Below, piece by piece: positions 26,794 to 39,715 of a DNA stretch of 57,487 nt (position 1 is its first letter; each line of letters starts with the position of its first letter). The position numbers and the translations under genes were made by a program. The notes below the pieces were generated by a model, which was given only the letters and a program-made list of their open reading frames with translations, was not told where the DNA came from and did not search any database. This DNA comes from Chiloscyllium plagiosum (taxonomy: Eukaryota), in contig NC_057718.1 of the NCBI RefSeq assembly GCF_004010195.1, forward strand, positions 13,690,553 through 13,748,039, given 5' to 3'.

Positions 26794-26886
26794 CTCTGCT
26801 CTCTGCTCAAATACCTCAGGTGCATTTGGTTCTAAGGTTATAACTCTGTTGAGCTCAAAGAGTGCAAGCTCAGCATTTTTGATATC
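26794..26886 (-). CDS. TTC13: TTC13 coding exon 6
   Basis: ag/gt flanked, 93 nt, DIKNAELALFELNRVITLEPNAPEVFEQRAE. Confidence 0.96.
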
Positions 26887-27796
26887 CTGAAATACAAATT
26901 TGACCTTGAATACAAGTGAGTTAACACAGATTAATATAATGTATGTAATTTTGCTTGAAAGAATAAATCAGTTACTTAGTGCTTGAAAGGCACAAGTCTT
27001 AATGACGGAAAAAGCAAAGGGACCAGAGTACAAATATACCAAATATACCAAAGTAATGCTAAAGATAAGCAAGTACTAAGTTTCATTTTTAGAGGGATAA
27101 TAAAGTAATGAATGTCTGCTAAACATGTATCAAACTTCGGTTCAACCACGTTTAAAGAGTTCTGCAGAGTGAACTAAATAGAGGTCATTAAAATACTGAA
27201 CAGATCTAACAGCGTTGGTTCAGACAGAGTGTCTCCTCCTATGGGGAAAAGCATAATTCGAGGTCATCGATAGGAGGTAATCACCAACAAATCCAAAAGG
27301 GAAACCGTAAAGAAGTTCTTTCTTCCAAGAGTGGTGACAACTTGGAACTCACTACCATCGAATGTGATTGAAGTGAATAATGTAAAAGCTTTTAAGGAGA
27401 AACAAGCCAGGCATATGAAGAAGAAGCGAATAGATGGTGTCGACGATGATTTAGTCTAGGAAAGATAAGAGGATGCCCAGGTGAAGTATAACAGAAACAT
27501 CAGCATGAATAGGTTGGGTCATATATCAAATTCCAGTCATGTAATTTTGGTCAGTAATTTCCTCTCTTGTATGCTTACATTTCTGAAATCATCTTAGGAG
27601 ATGGTGGCCAATCATTAACAAACAAGTGGTATAAATAGCTTAAGTTTATAACACTTTACCAACAGATCAACCTACTGGGCTTGCATAAAACTCATTCACA
27701 ACTTCTAAAAAAGATTAAATCTTGCAATAAGTTCATAGAAATATCGCAAATTCTCACAAATCATACCTCAGACTTTAATCTGAATTGAATACTGAC

Positions 27797-27862
27797 CTGT
27801 AGACCCTTCTTTCCATATGCTATTCCCCTTCCGTAGATAGCACCTACTAGTTCTGGGTTTCC
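27797..27862 (-). CDS. TTC13: TTC13 coding exon 5
   Basis: ag/gt flanked, 66 nt, GNPELVGAIYGRGIAYGKKGLQ. Confidence 0.94.
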
Positions 27863-28286
27863 CTATTCTCAGGCATCAAAATAAAGGAAAGACAAGTATT
27901 ATGAATGTAGTTATGTCAAACAAATGTGTATCTGTACAGTGCTACACCTGTTGTACCATTATGACTCACTATATTTTCACAGTGTTATACCACAAATGGT
28001 ATATTTAAAGTGAATATATATATTCACTTGTACTGTCAGAGAGAAACATTCAATGCCTATGCCCTAATTTTCCAAAATCAGGTTTAAAAAAAAATACGGA
28101 ATATGTGCGAAATTCATATGATGTTCAATATTGGCTCAGCAGCAAATATTCTATTACTCAGTCCCCACATGTTAAGAATCTAATTCACAAGCAAGACTTA
28201 TGGAGAAAAAAATGGCACATAAATACACATGCAGGACTAAAACGAGACTTTACAGTTTTGTTGTAGTTTTGGTAAAATGTACATAC

Positions 28287-28357
28287 CTGTAGCAGTACTG
28301 AAAAGTGTTTAATTGCTTCATCGTACAAGTTGTTTCCAATTAAGGCATAGCCAAATG
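28287..28357 (-). CDS. TTC13: TTC13 coding exon 4
   Basis: ag/gt flanked, 71 nt, AFGYALIGNNLYDEAIKHFSVLLQ. Confidence 0.95.
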
Positions 28358-28439
28358 CTGAGAAATAAATATGAACTTAATTAAATATGCATTAACTTAA
28401 AAATGAATCATAATCTGAGGGATGTTGCAGTTCATTTCC

Positions 28440-29570
28440 AAAGAAATGAAGGGGATGCAGTACGTGTAACATGTGAATTTCCAGAAAGTTTTTGATATGG
28501 TATCTTACACTAAGATAAGAGCCCAGATGTTGGAAATAGTAAATTAGCATGGATCGAGGATTGGCTACCTAACAGAAGACAGACAGTTGAGGTAAGTGGG
28601 TATTTTCAAGAGGGCAACCTATAATTAGTGGAAGCATCAGTGTCGGGGCCCCAGTTATTTCTACTATATATTAGTGAGCCAGGTTTGCAGTTGACATAAA
28701 ACTAGATGGGAAGGTAAATGCTGAGGATGACTGACATGGTTAAGTGAATGGGCAAAATCTTGGCAGGTGAAATATAATGTTGTAAAATGTGAGGTTATGC
28801 TTTATGGCAGGAAGAATAGAGTTGTCAATATTATTTAAATCAAGAAAGACAACAGAAAGCTACAGCAGAGGAGGATTTGGGATACCTTTTACATAAATCA
28901 CAAAAGAATTAGCATCTGACTTCAGCAGATAAAAGGGAAGGCCAATGGACTGTTGGCTTTTATTTCAAAAGGAACAGAATATAAAAACAAGGTGGTCTTT
29001 CTTACATTATTCAAGGACTAGTTAGACCACACCTGGAACACTGTGAACAGTTTTGGTCCCCTTACCTAAGGAAAGGTATACTGGCACTGGAGGAAGTCCA
29101 GAGAAGTCTCACAAAGTTCATCTTGATTAGGTAAGGACTCTATTATGAGGAAAGATTGGGTGGGTTGGGGTGTACTCATTGGAGTTCAGAAGAATGCGAG
29201 GCAACCTTATTGAAACATACAAGCTGTTCAAAAAACTTGACAAGAGTAAAGGCAGAAAGTGAGAGAGTCAAGAACCAAAGGACATAACATCGGACTAAGG
29301 GATCACCCATTTAAAACAGAGATGGGGAGGATTTCCTTCTTTCAGAGGGTAGGAAATCTATGGAATTGTTTACTGCAGAATGCTTTAAGAGGCTGATTCG
29401 TTAAACCTATTTAAGGCCGAGCTACACAAATTTCTGATCAGTGAGGTAATCAAGGGTTGTGGGAATAAGGCAATCATGGAGTTGAGGATTATCAGATCAG
29501 CCACGATCCCACTGAATGGTGTAGCACACACAATGGGCTGAATGGCAAATTTCCACTCCTATGTCTTAAA
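28440..29570 (+). mobile_element. Decayed CR1/L2-type LINE 3' part
   Basis: ttaagtgaatgggcaaaa...tggcagg; agaccacacctgga...ttttggtcccc; 3' UTR gatcagccacgatc. Confidence 0.75.
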
Positions 29571-30344
29571 ATAATAATTATATTTAAAGCTTATTTCATC
29601 TTTATTTTTAAGCAATTAAATACCGATATAGCTAGCTTACTGAATGCAATGCATGAGGGAGGAGTATTTAACACACATGAATTCAAGATTAGCACCTTGT
29701 TTAAAAACTACAAGTAAATATTAACAGCTGTCACAGTCATCAATTGAGCAATTTCAGTGTGTTCTGGAAACACAGGCTTAATACAGGTAGACAACATCCC
29801 AACAAAGTCACTAATATTCACATATTCAAAACAAACAAAATACTGAGCTCTTTATGTCTGTCAGATCGGAAAAGCCATTAATAGCAACATTCATTCATTG
29901 AATGCAATATACAAAAGTCTAAGATTTACTTCCTTTCTCATGCAGAGGGCTGATCAACAGAAACAATGCCAACTTTGATTGCCAAGTTAAGGGAGGAGCA
30001 ATGCTTCTTGTTCACTATCTAACAACCTCAACAAGGATGTAAATGCAACATGGCTAATGAATACATTTGGTACCTCAAGTAGCTCAACTAGATAGGCTTC
30101 ACTGCTGAGGTTCAAATGTTAGCATTGGCCACTTGGGACAGACATCAAAAAGTGACCCGTGTTCATGAAACTATCCTTCAAGAGATTACAGAGATGGAAG
30201 TGAGCAAAGAGAAAAGGTATGTTGCAAAACTACATTTCTTTCTAATTGCGTCATGGTTTCTGCAACTTTTTAATCATCATTTGTCCAAATGTATCACAGA
30301 TGATCAACAGTGAACAACGACAGCACAGCTGAACCCAAATGGGG

Positions 30345-30455
30345 CAACTGCTCTTGTGGCAGAGTGGTCATATCTCGACCTCTGAGCCAGGAGGCTTGTG
30401 TTCAAGTCCTATCTGCTCCAAAGGTGTGTTATAACATGTCTGAATAAATTAATTG
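30345..30455 (+). mobile_element. Short tRNA-derived SINE remnant (related copies near 31130 and 31285)
   Basis: tgtggcagagtggt...gttcaagtcc A/B-box-like motifs. Confidence 0.5.
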
Positions 30456-30519
30456 AAAATATTTATAAATAAATGTTCCCACTAGGGCCTATTTAATCTG
30501 ATGAACTCTCTTTTTTAGC

Positions 30520-31115
30520 TATAATATAAAACCCTTGTTCAGCCACATTTGGAATACTATGTGCAGTTTTGGTCACTACACTACCAGAAGGACATAGAAG
30601 CTTTGGACAAGGTGCAGAGAAGGTTCACCAGGACGTTGTCCGGTCTCGAGGGCATTGACTATGAAGAAAGGTTAAGAAGACTAGGATTGTTTTTACTGGA
30701 AAGACAGTGGCTGACAAAAAACCTGATAGAAGATTACAAAATTATGACAGGCATAGATAAGGTCAGAAGGTTTTTCCCAGGTTTGAAGTTGCAGTTACAA
30801 AGGGGACAGGTTCAAAGTAAGAGGGGGAAAAGTTTAAGGGAGATATGCAAGAGAAGGTTTACACGCAGAGTGCGGTAGGAGTGTGGAACGCACTGCTAGA
30901 AGAGGTGGTGGAAGCAGGCATGTTGGCGACATTTAAGAGGCAACTGGATGGTTACACAAATGCAGGCCGGGGGGGGGGGGGTAACAGGGGGGTTGAGAGA
31001 TACGGACCGAATAAGGGCAGGACAGTTTTAGTTAGTTAGGGCATGATGCTTGACACAGGCTTGGAGGGCTGATGAGCCTGTTCCTTTGCTGTATTTCTCA
31101 TGTTCTTTTGTTCTT
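30520..31115 (+). mobile_element. CR1-type LINE 3' fragment
   Basis: EYYVQFWS...VQRRFTR...VWNALLEEVVEA. Confidence 0.85.
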
Positions 31116-31631
31116 ATCCAACGAGGGATTCTGTGTCATAGTGGTAGACTCCCTACCTGTGAGGTAGGTGGCCTGGATCCAAGTTATACCTGCTCCATTA
31201 AGTGTTTAATAACACTAAAATAACACTTAGAAAGTATTCAACACAGCATCTAAGAACTTTTCGACAAAATATTTTAGGGGATCTTGAGGTGCAATAGGAT
31301 TGTCCCTACCTTGAGCCCAAAGATTCAGGTTCAAGTCCCACCTGCCTCAAAGTAACATGTTCAAACAAGCTGATTTGACAAAAATTAGTACAGATACAGA
31401 TTAGGTTAGTGAGATATTCCTAGCACTTCTCACAAGTGGCAGGAGCTAATGGAAGATTGTGCCTGCTCTTGCACCTTTCCAACAGTCAGCAATGGAACAA
31501 CACTCATGCCTGTCAGGTGCAGGTCCTACAATTATCACTACAGTGGGAAACACGACAAGCTTAAATCATGTCTTTTCCTTGACTTTATCCAAATTAAAAG
31601 CTACTGATACAACCAACAAACTAACACATAC

Positions 31632-31707
31632 CCAACTCTTCATTTGTATTCTCATCAATACTTGAAAAAGGGAATCTCTTTTGTTCAGCTAATGTTTTAG
31701 CTTGATT
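31632..31707 (-). CDS. TTC13: TTC13 coding exon 3
   Basis: ag/gt flanked, 76 nt, NQAKTLAEQKRFPFSSIDENTNEEL. Confidence 0.95.
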
Positions 31708-32529
31708 CTGAAATTGAGAAACAATGCATTGGTGCAGGGAATATGTCAACAAACTGCAAAATATGTTTTAACTGTAAATCATTTCCATAAATTAAGGAGC
31801 AATTTCTGCCCAATACTGCTATCAATTCTCCTCAAAGAATGCAGTCCAGATGCCTTGCTTACATGCAGAATCTTATATTTGTTTGCTTTGATAAAAATTC
31901 AATGTAGTTCAACTGAGGTCATTTATGATGAAATCCTGTTGAACACTCCTTTCCTCTTGTATAAATTAATCTCTGTTTCCAAAGTAACAGATTTGATTTT
32001 TCTCCCCCTACCAATTGCTGTTGACAATTCTAAATAAGCTGTTTGACATCAAAAATTCTGCCCCTTGCCAAACACAACCTATAAAATCAAAGAAAGAATT
32101 CTATGTCTTCTCTCAAGCGGCTTCTTAGTTTTCCCAGTCAGTTGCAAAGCTAAGGGGAGTAAGTGAGCAAACTCTCTTCAACAGAACTGTCAGACCAGAA
32201 GGAGCTCCTCACAGGATTTGCATTGTCAGTTGAACATGGATGGTTGAGAGATGGGTTCTAATTAATCCCTTTGAAGCCCATATTACCAAAAAGATTTCAA
32301 TAGCAAACAAGTTTTAATCATTTGTTAAAACATGCCCATCTATATTCAATTGGAAACTATTACAATTTTGGAAGATTTTCTGTCCTGAAATAATTGGTAT
32401 CACACAGTGAACTGCACTACTTTCGAATAATTCCTCTGCTCCCTCAAAAATTTCTGGCAACTTCATGAAGTAAAAGGGACAGCAGCAAAATGGACATAAA
32501 ATTAGTTAAATGATAGGTAACAGTAGGAG

Positions 32530-33455
32530 ATCATGGTTACTATTTGGACTGGAGAAAGACTTAAACTGGAGTTCCCTAGGGTCAGTGTTATGACCCTTGC
32601 CCCTCTTGATATACAGGGTACAATTTCAAAATTTACTAATGACAAAACTTGGAAGTATTGTGTACTGAGGAAGACTGTGTAGACCTTTAAAAGGACTTGG
32701 CCAAGTTGCTGCAATGGACATACAAATGTCCAGTGATCAACTTTAGAAAGAAGAACGGGGAAAGGCAATACAGAAAAACATATAATTTTAAAATGGATGC
32801 CAGTGCAAAGGGACCTAGTGGTATATATACAAAGATGGCAGCACAGGTTGAACGAGCAAATGAATATATATATAAAGGATCTTGGAGTTTAGATATGGGA
32901 GTACAGAGTACAAAAAGACGAAAAGATAAACTCTTATAAAACTGGCTCAGCCTCAACTGAAGCATTATTTCTAATTCTGGACATCACTATTGATGTGAAG
33001 CTATCGGTGAGGGTGCAGAACAGATTCACAAGATGAGGATTTTCATTTACACAATAGATTATAGAAGCTGGGTAGTTCTCTTTGGAGAAGGCCAAGAAGA
33101 GATTTGACATAGATAGGACACACAAAATCGTAAGGAGTCTGGACAGACCAGATATGTAAGCTATTCCCACTGGTGGAAATATTGGGATGACATTTACTTA
33201 GGATGTTTGGTAAAAGAAGCAATTGCCACAGGAGGAAAAACATTTTTTTTTAACGCAGCGAATAGCTCTGATCTGGAATGTACTGCCTCAATTTTGTGGA
33301 ATTGGGTTCAAACATGGTTTTCAAAACAGAATTGGATAAAATCTGAAAAGGACAAATTTGCAGGATTGTCGATGACAGACAAGGAAAGCATCAAGTGGAA
33401 TTGGTCTTGTAGAGAGTTGAACCAGGTGTTCTTCTGCATTGCAAGTATCCCATGA
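32530..33455 (+). mobile_element. Highly decayed CR1/L2-type LINE
   Basis: ggagttccctagggtcagtgtt (GVPQGSV remnant) and downstream RT C-terminal remnants. Confidence 0.55.
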
Positions 33456-33932
33456 TACTTAGTACGAAAATATTTAATAGCTCCTTAAAATATGTCCCAG
33501 ACTTGATTATGCTTGGTCCCTGAAAAATCCAATGCTTTTAGGATTAAAAACAAAAAAAGCTATAAATAAGTGTGAATAATTCTGACACTTGCTACACTCA
33601 ACAGTACACAAAGCTGGGAAAACAAAACTATTTCCTCATAATATGAATTTAGAAATCTGCAATCAAATATCAGGTTAGTCGTAAAATGAAGAGATTTTAA
33701 GACTGAAATTGATCCAGTTAACTCAATTCTTTTTCATTGGGTGTTTTATAACTCAACCTATTGTAAATTTGAAACACTAGATACAAAATAATTAATAATA
33801 CTCTTCACAAATTTGGCCAGTATTTAACACTGAAGTTATCTTTATTTCAAAATAATAAAATGGACATGCAATCGTAATCACCAATGTATTTACTGTATCC
33901 ATGAGATTTCTAAAAGGAACAGGATAACGTAC

Positions 33933-34027
33933 CAGAATTTTCTCTGTATCAAGGGTTAACACTGGTTCACATGGTGGAGCCCCACTCGGGATACAGTCTG
34001 TATCTTCAGGATTCAAAAATGAAGACT
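33933..34027 (-). CDS. TTC13: TTC13 coding exon 2
   Basis: ag/gt flanked, 95 nt, ESSFLNPEDTDCIPSGAPPCEPVLTLDTEKIL. Confidence 0.94.
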
Positions 34028-34589
34028 CTAAAACATAAAGCAAAGCAAACCTCTTAGTAAATCATTCAGTACATTAAAACCTTTTTTGCTTTATTTTCAC
34101 AATTTTAATCTCAGCCTTCCGCCCAATGAAAGGCACATAATTGAAAAACATTCTTAATTTTATAAGCATTGACTGAATTTTGCATAATTCCAATTAGCTC
34201 TTCCACTTTCTTTTTATTTCAAAGTTTTTTAAAATGTTCCGATATATTTTAAATATTTGTTCACAACAATGACAAACTGCTGGGGGTTCTGAGGAAGGGT
34301 CACTGGACCTGAAGTGTTAATTCTGATTTCTCTCCACAGATGTTGCCAAACCTGCTCAGCTTTTCTAGCAATTTTTTTTTGTTTCTGATTTCTAGCATTC
34401 GCAATTCTTTTGGTTTTTAAATATTTGCTCCATAGGTTACTTCGATATACAGAAGACCACAAGCATGAGAAAATACACCCCAAAAGCACTGAGTTAATGT
34501 AGATCTGAAAAATCTGTTTGATAAAGTCTTCATTGAGCTATGATGTAGAATGTAGGCCAATATATTCATTATCAAAATCATGGATTGAA

Positions 34590-35200
34590 TAGCCTTCGTT
34601 GATCAGAGAATTGAGTGCAGGAGTTGGGATGTCATGTTAGAGTGATACAAGACAATGGTGAGGACACATTTGGAGCACTGCACACAGTTCTGGTCGCTCT
34701 GCTATAGGAAGCATGTTATTAACCTGATAAGGGTGCAAAAAAGATTTAGAAGAATGTTACCAAGACTGGAAGTTTGACTGATTAGAAGAGGTTGGATATA
34801 CTGGTTTTTTTTTTACCTTGGAGAGTAAAAGACTGAGGTGTGACCTTACAGTGGTTTATAAAATCATTAGGGCCATAGATAGATAAGGTGAATAGCCAAG
34901 GTTTTTTCCCCAGGATAGGGGAGCCCAAAAGGTAGCATATGTTTAAGGAGAGCGGGGAAAGATTTGAAAGGGACCTGCAGGACAACTTTTTCCACACAGA
35001 CTGTGGTACATATATGGAACGAGAGGTAGAAGCAGGTACAAATACAATATTTAAAAGATATTTGGACACATGTATAGATAGGAAGGGTTTAGAGGGAAAT
35101 GGGTCAAACAGACAAATGGGACTAGTTCAATTTAAGCTGGGCAGCCTGGACAAGTTGGGCCAAAGGGCTTGTTTTCGTGCTGTACGACTCCAATTTCATG
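34590..35200 (+). mobile_element. CR1-type LINE 3' fragment
   Basis: Similar to 1235-2052 (FKESGERFERDL...FKRYLD). Confidence 0.8.
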
Positions 35201-36818
35201 GATTAGGACAGTACTGCATGCTGATTTCACTATCAGGCATTAAGCAGAGATACTGAACTCTGCCTTGACTGGTCATCTGAATACTAGAGTTCCATATTAC
35301 AAACTCAAGAGATCAAATTTCCCTCTTCAAACAATGCCACATTACTTGCATTGCTATTTGTAGGGTGCTGTTGGTACATGCCATGTTATTCTCTTATCAA
35401 ATCTGTCACTGCAAGGTAAATCATTGTGCAAAGCAATTCAATCTAAATTAGTATGATAAGATGGTAGCAATATAGGGACAAAGTTTAAAAATTTGCTATT
35501 TTACAGATTGAAATGATTACACGCGAAAATATTTCCACAAGATAGGCGACATTTAAATATCTTTAGTTTTATTTGAAGATCTTTTATTTATATATTGCCT
35601 TATGATTGAAAATACTGAGCAGCAAATGAACTACTATTGTGTAGCAAAACCTGAAAGTGCTGGCAAAACTTAGCAGATCTGGCAGCAATTGCAGACAGAG
35701 AAACAGAATTATCATTTTGAGTCCAGCATGACTATTTCAGAACCAAATTCACTCTTCCCACAGTTGCTACCACATCTGCAGAGTTTTTACAGCATTTTGA
35801 ATTTTTATTTCAGATTTCCACAGTATTTTAAAATATCAAACAACAGTCATTGTTTCATACAATCATAGAATGGCAAAAGAAGTAGGCCGTTCTATCTGCT
35901 GTGCCAGTGCAGACGTTTTGCAAAAGCTGTCCAGCTAGCCCCGCTGCTGTCTGAATATTGTAGTCTGCATATTTTCTCTTTTGATAATTAAGTGGTTCTT
36001 TTTGAAAGCCACGACTCCAGAGCATAACTACAGACTGTAAGAAGTGTCACTTTAGCTCTTTTGCTAACCGCTTTGAATTGGTGTCAGTTCTTGACCAATA
36101 AGAGATTTTATCCATATTCTGTCATGATCCCTCAATTTTGAGCACTCCCATCAAATCTTCTCCCGACCTTCTATTCTTGAGAACAAAATAGCTTTTCCAA
36201 CCAATCCATGTAACTCAGTTCTTATTCGTTGAACCATCCTCAATTTTTCTGCATCCTCCCTAGTGTATAGTGCCCAGAATTGGACAACTCTCCAATGTGA
36301 GGATGAACCAATGGTGTATGAAGAAAAAGGAAATTATGGTGAACTTGTTCTCATGCCCCCATTTATACTGTCCAGAATTCCATGTGCCTCAAATGTTTAA
36401 AACTGGGATCAGTTTAACAATTAAGTAGAACATTATTGATACAAGTGAAACTCCATTAAAAGACTGAACATTTTAAGAGGCTAATCTATATTTTTAAAAA
36501 GTCCTTCACTCAGAATTAATGTGAAGCAGGTTGAAAAGAACAAACTGTATGCTCTATTATAAATGAAAGTGGAGAGAAAATGAAACTTTTAGTACCATTG
36601 GTTGCCCTCTAATGCTAGGAGAAAGTGAGGACTGCAGATGCTGGAGACCAGAGTTGAAAAGTGTGGTGCTGGAAAAGCGCAGCAGGCCAGGCAGCATCCA
36701 AAGAGCAGGAGAATCGACGCTTCAGGCATAAGCCCCTTTTCAGGAATGAGGCTGGTGAGCCAAGCGGGCTGAGATAAAAGGTGGGGGGGACTTTGTGGGA
36801 GGGGCGCTGGGAATATGA

Positions 36819-37595
36819 NNNNNNNNNNNNNNNNNNNNNNNNNNNNNNNNNNNNNNNNNNNNNNNNNNNNNNNNNNNNNNNNNNNNNNNNNNNNNNNNNN
36901 NNNNNNNNNNNNNNNNNNNNNNNNNNNNNNNNNNNNNNNNNNNNNNNNNNNNNNNNNNNNNNNNNNNNNNNNNNNNNNNNNNNNNNNNNNNNNNNNNNNN
37001 NNNNNNNNNNNNNNNNNNNNNNNNNNNNNNNNNNNNNNNNNNNNNNNNNNNNNNNNNNNNNNNNNNNNNNNNNNNNNNNNNNNNNNNNNNNNNNNNNNNN
37101 NNNNNNNNNNNNNNNNNNNNNNNNNNNNNNNNNNNNNNNNNNNNNNNNNNNNNNNNNNNNNNNNNNNNNNNNNNNNNNNNNNNNNNNNNNNNNNNNNNNN
37201 NNNNNNNNNNNNNNNNNNNNNNNNNNNNNNNNNNNNNNNNNNNNNNNNNNNNNNNNNNNNNNNNNNNNNNNNNNNNNNNNNNNNNNNNNNNNNNNNNNNN
37301 NNNNNNNNNNNNNNNNNNNNNNNNNNNNNNNNNNNNNNNNNNNNNNNNNNNNNNNNNNNNNNNNNNNNNNNNNNNNNNNNNNNNNNNNNNNNNNNNNNNN
37401 NNNNNNNNNNNNNNNNNNNNNNNNNNNNNNNNNNNNNNNNNNNNNNNNNNNNNNNNNNNNNNNNNNNNNNNNNNNNNNNNNNNNNNNNNNNNNNNNNNNN
37501 NNNNNNNNNNNNNNNNNNNNNNNNNNNNNNNNNNNNNNNNNNNNNNNNNNNNNNNNNNNNNNNNNNNNNNNNNNNNNNNNNNNNNNNNNNNNNNN
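36819..37595. other. Assembly gap
   Basis: Run of N. Confidence 1.
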
Positions 37596-38029
37596 GGAGT
37601 CGCGGAGGGAGTGGTCTCTCCTGAATGCTGATAGGGGTGGGGAGGGAAATATATCCCTGGTGGTGGGGTCTGTTTGGAGGTGGCAGAAATGACAGAGGAT
37701 GACACGATGTATCCGGAGGTTGGTGGGGTGGAAGGTGAGGACCAGTGGGGTTCTGTCCTGGTGGCGATTGGAGGGGCGGGGGAAAGCATCGTCGACCACG
37801 TCGGAGGGGAAGTTGCGGTCTTTGAAGAAGGAGGCCATTTGGGCTGTTCAGTAGTGGAATCGGTCCTCCTGGGAGCAGATGCGGTGGAGGCGAAAGAATT
37901 GGGAATATGGGATGGTGTTTTTACAGGGGGCAGGGTGGGAGGAGGTGTAATCTAGGTAGCTGTGGGAGTCGGTCGGTTTGCAGTAAATGTCTGTGTTGAG
38001 TCGGTCGCCTGAGATAGAAATGGAGAGGT

Positions 38030-38143
38030 AAAAACAATGACTGCAGATGCTGGAAACCAGATTCTGGATTAGTGGTGCTAGATTTTGCCTGTCCTCGGAT
38101 GCTGCCTGAATTGCTGTGCTCTTCCAGCACCACTAATCCAGAA
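38030..38143. mobile_element. Nested short fold-back PLE insertion (subfamily A2)
   Basis: Direct repeat ATAGAAATGGAGAGGT at 38014-38029 and 38144-38159; absent from the mirror arm at about 38720-38740. Confidence 0.88.
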
Positions 38144-39075
38144 ATAGAAATGGAGAGGTCTAGGAAGGGGAGGGAGGATTCTGAGACGGTCCAGGTAAAT
38201 TTGAGGTCGGGGTGAAAGGTGTTAGTAAAGTGGATGAACTGTTCAACCTCCTCGTGGGAGCACGAGGTAGTGGCAATACGATCATTGATGTAGCGGAGGA
38301 AAAGGTGGGGGATGGTGCCAGTGTAGCTGTGGAAGATGGACTGTTCGACATATCTGACGAAGAGGCAGGCATAGCTGGGGTTAATGTGGGTGCCCATGGC
38401 TACTCCTTTGATTTGGAGGAAGTGGGAGGATTGGAAGGCTACTCTTAACAACTTCTCCTTCCAATCCTCCCACTTCCTCCAAATCAAAGGAGTAGCCATG
38501 GGCCACAGCTATGTCTGCCTCTGTCGGATATGTCGAACAGTCCATCTTCCACAGCTACACTGGCACCATCCCCCACCTTTTCCTCCGCTACATCGATGAT
38601 CGTATTGCCGCTACCTCGTGCTCCCACAAGGAGGTTGAACAGTTCATCCACTTTACTAACACCTTCCACCCCGACCTCAAATTTACCTGGACCGTCTCAG
38701 ACTCCTCCCTCCCCTTCCTCGACCTCTCCATTTCTATCTCGGGCGACCGACTCAACACAGACATGTACTACAAACCGACTGACTCCCACAGCTACCGAGA
38801 TTACACCTCCTCCCACCCTGCCCCCTGTAAAAACACCATCCCACATTCCCAATTCTTTCGCCTTCACCGCATCTGCTCCCAGGAGGACCAATTCCACTAC
38901 CGAACAGCCCAAATGGCCACCTTCTTCAAAGACCGCAATTTCCCCTCCGACATGGTCGACGATGTTCTCCACCGCATCTCCTCCACTTCCCGTCCTTGAA
39001 CCCCACCCCTCCAATCGCCACCAGGACAGAACCCCACTGGTCCTCACCTTCCACCCCACCAACCCCCGGATACAT

Positions 39076-39648
39076 NNNNNNNNNNNNNNNNNNNNNNNNN
39101 NNNNNNNNNNNNNNNNNNNNNNNNNNNNNNNNNNNNNNNNNNNNNNNNNNNNNNNNNNNNNNNNNNNNNNNNNNNNNNNNNNNNNNNNNNNNNNNNNNNN
39201 NNNNNNNNNNNNNNNNNNNNNNNNNNNNNNNNNNNNNNNNNNNNNNNNNNNNNNNNNNNNNNNNNNNNNNNNNNNNNNNNNNNNNNNNNNNNNNNNNNNN
39301 NNNNNNNNNNNNNNNNNNNNNNNNNNNNNNNNNNNNNNNNNNNNNNNNNNNNNNNNNNNNNNNNNNNNNNNNNNNNNNNNNNNNNNNNNNNNNNNNNNNN
39401 NNNNNNNNNNNNNNNNNNNNNNNNNNNNNNNNNNNNNNNNNNNNNNNNNNNNNNNNNNNNNNNNNNNNNNNNNNNNNNNNNNNNNNNNNNNNNNNNNNNN
39501 NNNNNNNNNNNNNNNNNNNNNNNNNNNNNNNNNNNNNNNNNNNNNNNNNNNNNNNNNNNNNNNNNNNNNNNNNNNNNNNNNNNNNNNNNNNNNNNNNNNN
39601 NNNNNNNNNNNNNNNNNNNNNNNNNNNNNNNNNNNNNNNNNNNNNNNN
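39076..39648. other. Assembly gap
   Basis: Run of N. Confidence 1.
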
Positions 39649-39679
39649 TTTATCTCAGCCCGCTTGGCACACCAGCCTC

Positions 39680-39715
39680 ATTCCTGAAGAAGGGCTTATG
39701 CCCGAAACGTTGATT
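39680..39715 (+). ncRNA. Minimal hammerhead ribozyme motif
   Basis: ATTC-CTGAAGA-A-GGGC-TTAT-GCCC-GAAA-CG-TT-GATT. Confidence 0.7.

Noticed and set aside
36712..36747. Hammerhead in the left pLTR of the large inversion (also near 8282 and 51821)
   Set aside because: Core nucleotides mutated (CTGAAAA/GAAG or AAAA), so not called as intact ribozymes
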